In this document: positions 23,550-35,314 of the stretch, piece after piece
Numbering within the stretch: position 1 is the stretch's first letter
How the letters are laid out: each line of letters starts with the position of its first letter
Origin: Octopus sinensis
Lineage: Eukaryota
Direction: 5' to 3'
Assembly (NCBI RefSeq): GCF_006345805.1
Contig: NW_021835429.1
Span: forward strand, 1 to 40,829
Length of the DNA: 40,829 nucleotides
The notes under the pieces: model-generated
Told to the model about the DNA's origin: nothing
Databases searched by the model: none
What the model saw: only the letters and a program-made list of their open reading frames with translations
Position numbers and translations under genes: made by a program

Positions 23550-23766
23550 CAGGGGTGTGCTGAAAAATTCCTGGCTTTGAATAAAAGCAAATACTGGAGG
23601 GCCCATTGATTATGATTTTATTCCGCATATTCCTTTATCAGGTTCACGCACTTATTGCAGTGGACCATCGGTTTTTCTAAGCCCCTGCAAAAGAACTCAA
23701 AAGGTCAGACCTCCAACCAGACCTTTCATGATACTCTTAAAACAAGGAACTTTTCAGCACCTCCTC

Positions 23767-23767
<1 letters not shown>
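23550..23767 (-). mobile_element. mariner MITE (218 bp)
   Basis: Imperfect TIRs (c.agg.g.gtgctgaaaa.ttcct); TA on the left. Interior encodes a decayed transposase end WLEV*PFEFFCRGLEK..HCNKCVNLIKEYAE*. Confidence 0.75.
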
Positions 23768-23800
<33 letters not shown>

Positions 23801-23804
<4 letters not shown>

Positions 23805-24425
23805 TCATCATCATCATCGTTTAACATCCGCTTTCCATGCTAGCATGGGTTGGACGGTTCTACTGGGGTCTGTGAAGCCAAAAGGCTGCACCAGGCCCAG
23901 TCAAATCTGGCAGTGTTTCTACGGCTAGATGCCCTTCCTAACGCCAACCACTCCGTGAGTGTAGTGGGTGCTTTTTACGTGCCACCCGCACAGGTGCCAG
24001 ACAGAGCTGGCAAACGGCCACGAACGGATGGTGCTTTTATGTGCCACCAGCACTAGGGCCAGGCGAGGCTGCCAATGGACACGAACGGATGGTGCTTTTT
24101 ACGTGCCATCGGCACGAGGCCAGTCGGGGCGGTGCTGGCAACGGTCGCGAAACGGAAGGTTCTCTTACATGCCACAGGCACTGGTAACACATCTGCAATT
24201 TCCATTGATCGATTTCGATTCTGATCCTCACTTGCCTCAGCAGGTCTTCACAAGTAGAGTTTTGTGTCCCAAGAAGGGAAGGTATGCATACGTAGGCTGG
24301 CTCCATCCCATGTAGAAGGCCACGGGTTATGGACTCACTTGTCCTGCCGGGTCTTCTCGCACACAGCACACTTCCAGAGGTCTCGGTCTCTAGTCATTTC
24401 CTCAGTGAGACCTAAAGTTCGAAGG
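23801..24425 (-). mobile_element. RTE-clade LINE 3' end: last ~30 codons, full 3' UTR and (GAT)n tail
   Basis: LRTLGLTEEMTRDRDLWKCAVCEKTRQDK* (stop 24335-24337) matches the D..GL...A.DR..WR C-terminal pattern of RTE ORFs. Confidence 0.8.
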
Positions 24426-24437
24426 ATATATATATAT

Positions 24438-24959
24438 ATCATCATCATCATCATTGTTTAACGTCCACTTTCCATGCTAGCATGTGTTGGATGATTTGAC
24501 TGAGGTCTGGCGAACCAGATGGCTGCCCCAGGCTCCAATCTGATCTGGCAGAGTTTCTACAGATGAATGCCCTTCCTAACACCAACCACTCTGAGAGTGT
24601 AGTGGGTGCTTTTATGTGCCACCGGCCCGAGGACCAGTCAGGCAGTACTGGCAAAAACATTCGAGTGAGGTCATTGCCAGTGCTGCTGGACTGACTCCTG
24701 TGCAGGTGGCACATAAAAAGCACCATTTGAGCGTGGTCGTTGCTAGTACTGCCTGATTGGCCCTCGTGCCGGTGGCACCTAAAAGCACCCACTCTCAGAG
24801 TGGTTGGCATTAGGAAGGGCATCCAGCTGTAGAAACTTTGCCAGATCAGATTGGAGTCTAGTGCAGCCATCTGGTTCGCCAGACTTCAGTCAAATCATCC
24901 AACCCATGCCAGCATAGAAAGCGGACGTTAAACGATGATGGTAATGATGATGATGATGA
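24438..24959. mobile_element. Head-to-head pair of RTE 3' ends with tails facing outward
   Basis: 24438-24654 is inverted relative to 24740-24959; same subfamily, roughly 88-90% identical by eye. Confidence 0.85.
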
Positions 24960-25124
24960 GTGGTAAGCAGTAATGTGTATGAATATAAACTTGTTACCAG
25001 TTCAGATATGCTTGGGGCATATTTGAACTTGTTGGAATGCCATTCACTGAATTTTGTCAGAGAAAATTTCTTGCCGTAGATAAATAGATGTAAACATACT
25101 GAATGAGTTATTTTATCAGTCTCT

Positions 25125-25622
25125 TATGCTGAATCACAAAGTTATACACATCAGCACCAGTTGTCAAGCAGTGGTAGGGGACAAACACAGACATATTTAC
25201 ATATATATATATATATATGTACATATACAATGGGCTTCTTTCAGTTTCCGTCTACCAAATCCACTAACAAGTCTTTGGCTGGCCTGAGTCTATAGTAGAA
25301 GACACTTGCCCAAGGTACCATGAAGTGGGACTGAACCTGGAACCATGTGGTTGGTAAGCAGGCTACTTACCACGCAGCCACACGTGCATCTATATTTATG
25401 TGTGTCTCTTTGTGTCTGTGTTTCACTCCAACCCCTACTGCTTGAAAACCAGTGTTGGAGTGTTTATGTCTTCATAACTTAGTGGTTCAGCAAAAGGGAT
25501 TGATAGAATAAATATCAAGCTTGAAAAAAGTACCAGGGTCTATTCATTTGACAAAAAATCCTTCAAGGCATTGCTCCAGCATGGCCACAGTCTAATGACT
25601 AAAACAAGTTAAAGATAAAAGA
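25125..25622. mobile_element. Two SINE family A fragments in opposite orientation
   Basis: Minus copy at 25125-25390 and plus-strand 3' half at 25405-25622. Confidence 0.7.
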
Positions 25623-26054
25623 TATGCACATTCTATACATTGCTTACTTAAAATTAGGGGATGTCACTGCCATCACTTTCGATTTCTGGAGTAAATTACT
25701 TTCATTTTTTTGGGACAATTTACTTTCACTTTTTTTTATGACAGTAAATCTTGATAATCTTAGATATCTGCTGAGATTTTTACCTTGAGCTGTTGGATAG
25801 TTATTGGATTATTAGCAGATAACCTCACTTCTAAATATCCTTAAATGAAGAAGCAAAAAATGCCTTGAGTTTGCAGTTCTGGGGGAGCAAAATAGCTGAC
25901 CAATTTATTAGAGAATTCTTGGGAATTATAAGGTTTCCAAGAATTTATCTGAACAATGCAGTTGTGAACCCTGCGGTAATCCTCTGTGGAATCCAGTAAT
26001 GCTGTTATTGATCGTTATTGATCATCATCATCATTGTCACTGTTATTGTCATGT

Positions 26055-26340
26055 GGAGGCACATGGCCTAGTGGTTAGAGCAGCAGACTCACGGTTGAAG
26101 GTTTGCAGGTTCGAATCTCAGACTGGGCGATGAGTGTGTTTATGAGAGAAACACCTAAGCTCCACGCAGCTCTGGCAGAAGGTAATGGTGAACTTCTGCT
26201 GACTCTTTCGCCACAACTTTCTCTCACTCTTTCCTCCTGCATTTTGCAGCTCACCTGTGACGGACTGACGTCCCGTCCAGGTGGGGAACCTATACACCAA
26301 GGAAACCGGGAAACTGGCCATGGCTCGAGAAAGAAGGAAC
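26055..26340 (+). mobile_element. SINE family B (V-like core)
   Basis: A box tggcctagtgg; B box ggttcgaatct; cctgtgacggactgacgtcccgtccagg. Confidence 0.8.
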
Positions 26341-26399
26341 TGTTATTGTCTTCAACATTATCATCATTATCATCATCATAATCTTCTTCATTGTGATTT

Positions 26400-26750
26400 T
26401 ACTGCCCACTTTCCCATACAAGTAAGGGCCAGACAGAGTTTAATTGTGGCAGATATTCTATGGTCAGATGCTTTGTCTGTCACCAACCCTCGCATAATTC
26501 CAAGCAAGGTAGTATTTATTCCATGGCCAGACATGTTCTCTCAGAATTTTGGAAATAAATGCCGAGTGTACAGGCTGCTTTTTACATGGCACCAGTATGA
26601 GTTCCTGTTACGTGGCACTGACATGGGTGCTCTTTATGTGGCACTGGCACAGGTGCTCTTTCTACATGATACTTCTCTTATGTCATGCTGGCATGGCTTC
26701 CTCCGTGGCACTGGTATGGATGTGTTTTGTGTGACACCAGCACAAGTGCG
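26400..26750 (-). mobile_element. Old RTE-like 3' UTR remnant
   Basis: cagatgctttgtctgtcaccaacc and eroded gtggcac units. Confidence 0.4.
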
Positions 26751-27436
26751 TTTTACACACACACAAACACATAATTTATCTATATCTATAAAAGCAGAAT
26801 GTGTTTGTGTGTGTGTACGTGAATGTACTTCATGCACGTCCACAAATTAGCACACATGTCGCTCCAATTTTAGGAAGACATTGGTCACGACTATGGCTGT
26901 GCTTTTGTCAACTTATTTTTCCCGAGGCACCCCCGGATAGTGGTAAAAATAGCTTTTCAACCATAACTTTCACCAATTTTCACGAGTTAACCAATAAACA
27001 TGAGTTAAGTCCCCTGTCTTGTAGATTAGTTCACCCTACTGCAATGCCTCCAAAAAAAAATTAGATTTCGACTACCTAAGCAATCTCAGCATAGGAAAAG
27101 AGAAAGAACTGAAGAGACAGACTATCAGTGGAGCCATTAGTAAAATATTATAACTTTTTGGGCCAAAACCTGGAAATAAGAGCTTGAGGATATTCTGCTA
27201 CAAAACATTCAATAATATCGAAACAGTACCTTTCATAAATCAGGGTACAATTTTTGAAGACTTTTTCTGAACCCAATCAATGACGGGTATTTCTGATAGT
27301 TATTGATAATCAGCAGAATTAACAGAGTGACTCAAGGGTCAAAAGTTTCATTCATCAGTAGAAGACACTTGCGCAAGGTGTCATACAACGGGACTGAACC
27401 CAGGAGCAAACAGCTAACCACACAGCCATGCCAGCA

Positions 27437-27642
27437 TCTTGGCAGACTTGTTAGCACACCAGACAAAATGCTTAGAGGCATCTCGTCTGTTTTTATGTTC
27501 TAAGTTCAAATTTCACCAAGGTCATCTTTGCCTTTCATCTTTTTGAGTCGATAAATTAAGTACCAGTAGAATACTGGGGTTGAACTAATCAACTTAACAC
27601 CTCCCCCAAAATTTCAAACCTTGTGCCTATAGTAGAAAGGAT
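27437..27642 (+). mobile_element. SINE family C
   Basis: aagttcaaatttcaccaaggtcatctttgcctttcatc..gtcgataaattaagtacc. Confidence 0.75.
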
Positions 27643-27670
27643 ACACACACACACACACACATACACACAA

Positions 27671-27711
<41 letters not shown>

Positions 27712-27765
27712 ACACCTCACACACACTCACACACACACACACACCTCACACAAACCACACACACA

Positions 27766-27799
<34 letters not shown>

Positions 27800-27951
27800 C
27801 ACTTCCACACACGCACACTCACTATGGGTTTCTTTCAATTTCTGTCTACCAAATCCATTCACAAGGTACCCTGCGGTGTGATTGAACTCAAAACCACATA
27901 GTTAGGAAGCAAACTTCTTAACCACACACCCATGTCTGTCACCTAATTTTG

Positions 27952-28360
27952 TTTACTCTTTACTCTTTTACTTGTTTCAGTCATTTGACTGCGGCCATGC
28001 TGGAGCACTGCCTTTAGTCGAGCAACTCGACCCCGGGACTTATTCTTTGTAAGCCCAGTACTTATTCTATTGGTCGCTTTTGCTGAACCGCTAAGTGACG
28101 GGGACGTAAACACACCAGCATTGGTCGTCAAGCAATGCTAGGGGGACAAACACAGACACACACACACACATATATATATATATACATATATACGACAGGC
28201 TTCTTTCAGTTTCTGTCTACCAAATCCACTCACAAGGCTTTGGTCGGCCCCCGAGGCTATAGCAGAAGACACTTGCCCAAGATGCCACGCAGTGGGACTG
28301 AACCCGGAACCCTGTGGTTGGTTAGCAAGCTACTTAGCACACAGCCATTCCTGCGCCTAT
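27952..28360 (-). mobile_element. SINE family A, full length, young
   Basis: Close to the copies at 39530-40350. Confidence 0.9.
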
Positions 28361-28659
28361 GTTTGCTTGCTTTTTTTTGCTTTTTTTTCTTCTGTTTTTT
28401 TTTTCTCCTTTTTTTTTCCCCCTCATGCATTTTACCATTATGAGGTTCTGAAGGGGAAAAAATATAATTATAATTAAGATTATTTTTTATTTGTATTTTT
28501 TCCCAATTTATGAACTTTGAAATTGAGAAAAGGAAAGGAAAGGAATAACAACACAAACTGTAGAGGATATGCAAAAAATGTCAATATTTTAAATTCTTGT
28601 GTGAGTTATGGGCCATTCTGTGAAGTGTAGTCCTAGATACACTGTGACTGCAAAAAGGA

Positions 28660-28670
28660 AAATAATAATG

Positions 28671-28710
<40 letters not shown>

Positions 28711-30495
28711 TAATAATAATAATGATAATAATGATACTATTAATAATAATAATAATAATAATAGTAGTAGTAGTAGTACTAGTAGTAGTAATGATAATAA
28801 TTTTAAATGGAGGCCAGAATGATCAAGGACAGACCTAAGGACAGACAACAGCAAGAAGAGGAAGAATAATGACCAAAAAAAATAATGAAATTTGATACAT
28901 GAAATAATAAGAGCAGAAACAACAACAGCAACAACAACAAAAATGGTAAAGACAAGAAGAAGACTCAAAGCTTCAATAGCAAAAATCAAGGAGGGAGAGG
29001 AGGGGGGAGGGGGAGGGGGAGAGGAACCAAAGTCACAATAGGAATAAGAGGAAAGAGAGAAGGAGGAAGAAGTGGAAGAAGAAGAAGAGAAAGAAGAACA
29101 AGGAGAAGAAAAAGAAGAATGAAAACAGCAACTTCGATAGCAAAGACAAGAGGAAAAAGAAAAGGAAGAAAATGAAGGAATGAAAACTGAAGATGATGAT
29201 GATGATGATGATGAAGGAATGAAATGAAGGATGATGAGGAATGAAAGCTGATGATGATGATGATGAACCAAAACAACAACACCAAAGACAGCAAAAACAA
29301 TAGGAAAGACAAGAAGAAGAAAAAGAAGGAAGAGAAGAACAAGGAGAAGGAAAAGAAAGAAGTGAAAGAGAACAAGGAGAAGGAAAAGAAGGAAGAGAAG
29401 GAGAACAAGGAGAAGGAAAAGAAAGAAGTGAAAGAGAACAAGGAGAAGGAAAAGAAGGAAGAGAAGGAGAACAAGGAGAAGGAAAAGAAAGAAGTGAAGG
29501 AGAACAAGGAGAAGGAAAAGAAGGAAGAGAAGGAGAACAAGGAGAAGGAAAAGAAAGAAGTGAAGGAGAACAAGGAGAAGGAAAAGAAAGAAGTGAAGGA
29601 GAACAAGGAGAAGGAAAAGAAAGAAGTGAAGGAGAACAAGGAGAAGGAAAAGAAAGAAGTGAAGGAGAGCAAAGAGAAGAAAAAGAAATGGAAGAAAACG
29701 AAGGAATGAAAGATGATGATGATGATGTGGATGAATGAAAACAACAACACCAAAAACAGCAAAAATAATAGGAAAGAAAAGAAGAAGAAAAAGAAGGAAG
29801 TGAAAGAGAACAAGGAGAAGAAAAAGAAGAATGAAAACAGCAACATTAATAGCAAAGAGAAGAAGTAAAAGAAAAGAAAGAAAACGAAGGAATGAAAGAT
29901 GATGATGATGATGATGATGATGATGTGGATGAATGAAAACAACAACACCAAAGACAGCAAAAATAATAGAAAGAAAAGAGAAGAAAAAGAAGGAAGTGAA
30001 AGAGAACAAGGAGAAGAAAAAGAAGAAGAAAAAGAAGAATGAAAACAGCAACATTAATAGCAAAGAGAAGAAGTAAAGAAAAGAAAGAAAACGAAGGAAT
30101 GAAAGATGATGATGATGATTGATGATGATGATGAAACATAACAACAACACCAAAGACAGCAAAAATAATAGGAAAGAAAAGAAGAAGAAAAAGAAGGAAG
30201 TGAAAGAGAACAAGGAGAAGAAAAAGAAGAATGAAAACAGCAACATTAATAGCAAAGAGAAGAAGTAAAAGAAAAGAAAGAAAACGAAGGAATGAAAGAT
30301 GATGATGATGATGATGATGATGATGAGGATGAATGAAAACAACAACACCAAAGACAGCAAAAATAATAGGAAAGAAAAGAAGAAGAAAAAGAAGGAAGTG
30401 AAAGAGAACAAGGAGAAGAAAAAGAAGAATGAAAACAGCAACATTGATAGCAAAGAGAAGAAGTAAAAGAAAAGAAAGAAAACGAAGGAATGAAA

Positions 30496-30537
<42 letters not shown>

Positions 30538-30650
30538 ACATAACAACAACACCAAAGACAGCAAAAATAATAGGAAAGAAAAGAAGAAGAAAAAGAAGGA
30601 AGAGAAGGAGAAGAACAAAAAGAGTAACCAAGAGGTTACTATGGCCAATA
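28660..30650. repeat. Purine-rich minisatellite: ~33-bp units (29330-29690) and ~180-bp higher-order units (29710-30600)
   Basis: gagaacaaggagaaggaaaagaaagaagtgaag occurs about 10 times; (gat)n-...aacaacaccaaagacagcaaaaataatag... occurs about 5 times. Confidence 0.9.
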
Positions 30651-30689
30651 GAGCAAAACATTAAACAACATGTGGAACAATGGAGACAC

Positions 30690-31044
30690 AACAACAATAG
30701 CTACAACAACGACAATAATAATAATAATAATAATGGAAACAATAATAATAACAAACAAAACAAGAAACAGTAATAGAGAAAAAAAGAGCCACCCCCCTCC
30801 TTTGCACGCCCCCCCCTGCTCTCCTCTGCATATGCAAAAAATAGAAATGAAATTTAAAAAATGGTAAAGAAAGAAATTCCAAGCCATTAGCAAACGGATA
30901 AGATGACAAGGAAAAACAAGAAGAACAACAGCAAGAAGAAGAAGAAGAACAACAGTTATGACTACGACACACGACTGGGAACAATACAACATCACAATGG
31001 ACAACAATTCACTTCTGGAGATAAGATGATGATAGGGAGCAATG

Positions 31045-31089
<45 letters not shown>

Positions 31090-32580
31090 TCTCCACTATT
31101 ACTGCTAGTACTACTACAACCACCACTACCACTACAACCACCACAACCACTATCACCACCACCACTATTATCTCCACTACTACTACTACAATCTCCACTA
31201 TTACTGCTAGTACTACAACCACCACTACCACTACAACCACCACAACCACTATCACCACCACCACTATTATCTCCACTACTACTACTACTACTACAATCTC
31301 CACTATTACTGCTAGTACTACTACCACCACTACTACTACAACCACCACAACCACTATTATCTCCACTACTACTACTACTACTACTACCATCTCCACTATT
31401 ACTTCTATTACTACTACCACCACAACCACCGTCACCACCAAAACCACCACTATCATCTCCACTACAACTGCTAGTACTACCACCATCACCACAACCACCA
31501 CCACCGCTACCACCACCACTACAAAAACCACCACCACCATCAGTATCATCTCCACCACAACCACCACCACTACCATCATCTCTACTACTACTGCTGGTAC
31601 TACCACCACCATTGTGACTACTACTACCACCAACACCACCACTATCACCACTTGTACTACAACCACTATTCATACAACCTACACTACTACAATCCCCACC
31701 ACTACTATCACCACCACTTGCATCAGAAGCTCTACCACTACTACCACTGTAGCTGATACTATTACCACCACGACTACTGCTACCACCACCTCTACGAACA
31801 CTACTACCACAACCACAATCACCACTACTACTACATCCACCACCACCATCATACTGCTATAGCAACAACCACCACCAAAACTATCATCACTCCCACTACT
31901 ACCATGACCACTACTATCACCATTACCACTACTGTTGTTAATACCACCACTATTACCACTACAAGTACTACCCCCACTAACACCACCAACACTATTATGA
32001 CTACTGTGACTCTTACTATTACTACTACTACAACCACCAGCATCAACCACACCACAATCACCATCACTACCACCACCACCATCACTACCACTACCACCGC
32101 CACTATCATCACCACCATTACCACCACTATAACATTGCCACCACCATCACTACCACCTCCACCACCACCAGCACCACTATCACTACCACCTCCACCACCA
32201 CCAGCACCACTATCACTACCACCACCTTCACCATCACCTCCACCACCACCAGCACCACTATCACTACCACCTCCACCACCACCAGCACCACTATCACTAC
32301 CACCACCTTCACCATCACCTCCACCATCACTACTACCACCACCACCATCTCTACCACCACCATCACTACCACTATTCCACCACTGCCACTATCACTGCCA
32401 CCACCACTAGCACCACGACCATCACTACCACCACCTCCGCCATCACCACCACCATCACTACTACCACCACCACCACCATCTCTACCACGACCATCACTAC
32501 CACCACCACCACCACCACCACCACTACCTCTACTACAATGGCCACCACCACCACCACAACCACCACCACCACTGTCAACG
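30690..32580. repeat. (ACT/ACC/ACA)n block with ~100-bp and ~39-bp higher-order units
   Basis: atctccactattact recurs near 31089, 31191, 31296 and 31389. Confidence 0.9.
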
Positions 32581-33239
32581 ACATCTTAATGCAATAACTG
32601 TCTGTATTATAATACGGAGCAGTAAAACATATTTTAATATTTTCCTTGTGGTTGTTGTTGTCGTTGTTGTTGCCGTCTCTTGTTCCAGCACCATTAAAAC
32701 TAATGTTGCTTTTGCTGAGATAAAGAAGTAATTTATAAGATTGTACTTGGATAATCTGATTAAAATTTCTGCATAAAAACGATAAAATAATAACAGCAAT
32801 AACAAATATGAAAGCAATGATTACACGGCTACAGCAATCTTGATAAAAAATTTGCAGAAATAATAAATTTTTTATATATTGTACAACGTACCGTAATATA
32901 ATAAAATATATAATATTATATATATATATATGTATATATATATGTGGATTTGTTTTACTCTTTTATATGTTTCTGTCATTTGACTGCGTCGATGCTGGAG
33001 TACCGCCTTTATTCTTTGTAAGCCTAGTACTTATTCTATCGGTCTCTTTTGCCAAACCACTAAGTTACGGGGACACAAACACACCAGCATTGGTTGTCAA
33101 GCAACGTTGGGGTGACAAACGCAGACATACAAACATATATACACATGCATACATATATGCATATACACATGCATATGTGTATATATATATAACAATGATA
33201 AATCACAGAGCGAGTTATAAACAGTAGCGGTAACACATC

Positions 33240-33584
33240 GTGACACATATTTGCCATTTGAATATGGCTAACCCCTAAGGGTGGATGCTACTGTAGTTTG
33301 TAGCCCCAGGAAGATACCTCCTCCAGCTGGCTATAGACATACTTTCTGTGCCCTCTCGTCGACAACTATGATTGTCACACGCCGATGATAGGTCAATACC
33401 TTGAAACTCGAGTCCGTGTGTATCATAAGTTGAAGACGGGAAGGATGACTTCCCTTCACAAATACTGATAGGGCACAGAAAGTGTGTCTATAGCCAGCTG
33501 GAGGAGGTATCTTCCTGGGGCTACAAACTACAGTAGCATCCACCCTTGGGGGTTAGCCATATTCAAATGGCAAATATGCGTCAC
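33240..33584 (+). mobile_element. Foldback element (115-bp arms, 3 mismatches) with a central hammerhead; PLE-like
   Basis: 33240-33354 matches the reverse complement of 33470-33584; ends gcgtCACTATA(TA)n. Confidence 0.85.
33376..33420 (+). ncRNA. Short-stem-III type I hammerhead (U4C mutant)
   Basis: CACACG-CCGAUGA-U-AGG(UCAAUA)CCU-U-GAAA-CUCGAG-UC-CGUGUG: perfect 6-bp stem I, palindrome ACUCGAGU, GUC triplet. Confidence 0.75.
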
Positions 33585-33744
33585 TATATATATATATATA
33601 TATATGATGGGCTTCTTTCAGTTTCTGTCTACCAAATCCACTCACAAGGCTTTGGTTGGCCCAAGGCTGTAGTAGAAGACACTTGCCCAAGGTGCCATGC
33701 AATGGGACTGAACCCAGAACCATGTGGCTGGTAAACAACCTACT

Positions 33745-34312
33745 TTATTTCATAAAAATATGCCATAAAGGCATTACAAAGAGTAGCTTGTAGGCTGGAC
33801 ATAGACATTAATGAGGCGGATGATTATAATAAAAAATGATAAAGATAGGAGAAGGCAGAAGGCGCCCACCCTCTGCTTCTCTAAAACATTGGTTTTTAAA
33901 AATACATATACCAAGGTAATGACCCTCTTACAATTCAAAATACAATTTCTTTGGACCAAAAAGTCCATATAACAACAAATTACATATTTTCTTTTACACA
34001 AATTACAGGCAATAATCCTTTACAATTCTTCCTCCAGTAAATTTCGTACAACTTGCAGGCATTGTTGCAACCGAAATCTGGGACTCCAATAGAGAATTCT
34101 GAAATTCTCGTTTTTACACGAGTCAATTATATTGTTACACAGCTTTCTTTCCAGCCCCAGAGCAGCCACCTGCGAAGGCCACTCTGGGCTGTCAATACAA
34201 TTCGGTTCCCTCAGGATCTGACTGTCCATTTGATTTTCCACAAAACTGTCAATAGCCCCTCATCTGAGGTAGCAGAACATACATTCTTCACCACCTTCAC
34301 TAGGAGGGACCT
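33745..34312 (-). pseudogene. 5'-truncated retrocopy of an unidentified ORF 3' end and 3' UTR, with TSD
   Basis: Flanked by caacctact (33736-33744) and caacttact (34313-34321); AATAAA at the 3' junction; 97-codon frame 34310-34020 with one internal TGA. Confidence 0.6.
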
Positions 34313-34346
34313 CAACTTACTTACCACACAGCAACTCTGTGCCTAT

Positions 34347-34390
<44 letters not shown>

Positions 34391-34394
34391 GTTT

Positions 34395-34621
34395 AAATAT
34401 TTGTTGTGCAAGATTTTTATGCAAGATTTTTTATGTGAAGTCGTGTGTTGAAACAGATATTGTTATATTTCGGAATGGTCATATGCCAGTTTAGCCAATA
34501 AAAACACATGCACTATATATTTGGTGTTATTTTGCTTCAGTGATATTTATTTTTTACATTAATCTTAATCTTATTTCGGCCAAAGTTCTTTCGTCACACT
34601 CCTGTGACCGCATCTGTGATC
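34395..34621 (-). mobile_element. Putative PLE-like terminal fragment with a decayed hammerhead at its 5' end
   Basis: Fold at 34578-34621; 3' end abuts (TA)n. Confidence 0.45.
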
Positions 34622-34756
34622 TATGGAACAGCCTGTTCATGAAATTCATGTGGAAGTGGCTGAGTACTACATAGACACAATACAAACCCTTGACATAGAT
34701 CAAATCAAATCAACTGGAACCCTTGTCATCGTAACCGACAGAGTGTCAGTATAACT

Positions 34757-34959
34757 CTCTTTTAGTCTTTTATTTGTTTCAGTCATTTGACTGCGGCCAT
34801 GCTGGAGCACCGCCTTTAGACAAGCAAATCGATTCTTTGTAAGCCAAGTACTTATTCTATCAGTCTCTTTTGCCAAACCGCTAAGTTATGGGGACGTATA
34901 CACACCAGCATCTGCTATCAAGCGATGTGGGGAGGACAAACACAGACACACAAATATAT

Positions 34960-35004
<45 letters not shown>

Positions 35005-35260
35005 CATATATACGACGAGCTTCTTTCAGTTTCCATCAACCAAATCCACTTACAAGGCTTCGGTTGGTACGAGGCTATAGTAGAAGACACTTGCCCAGGG
35101 TACCATGCAGTGGAACTGAATCCGGAACCATGTGGTTGGTGAGCAATCTACTTACCTCACAGCCACTCCTACGCCTATGTAGTAGAAGACACTAGCCCAA
35201 GGTGCCATGCAGTGGCACTGAACCCAGAACCATGTGATTGGTAAGCAAGCTACTTACCAT
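34757..35260 (-). mobile_element. SINE family A with a second head fragment
   Basis: Full copy 34757-35180, followed by a repeated gaagacact..cttacca segment. Confidence 0.85.
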
Positions 35261-35314
35261 CTTGAGCAAGATGCTTCATTTCACATTGCTCCTATACACT
35301 CAGCCTTGTCACAT

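Larger units (their letters stand above)
32955..34347 (-). mobile_element. SINE family A split by two nested insertions
   Basis: Tail 32955-33190, middle 33590-33744 and head remainder 34313-34347 are collinear with intact copies. Confidence 0.8.

Noticed and set aside
26055-26130. tRNA-like sequences (also the heads of other SINEs)
   Set aside because: A/B boxes run directly into SINE bodies with no complete cloverleaf; not tRNA genes.
27045-27300. MPPKK...-starting frame resembling a DNA-transposase N-terminus
   Set aside because: Multiple stops, no diagnostic motif and no termini identified.
28633-30648. 671-aa minus-strand ORF and overlapping long ORFs
   Set aside because: F/L/S-rich reading of a purine-rich minisatellite that lacks minus-strand stops by composition; no domain.
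34260-34262. In-frame TGA after CxxC as selenocysteine
   Set aside because: No SECIS recognised and no selenoprotein family match; simple nonsense decay (e.g. CGA to TGA) suffices.
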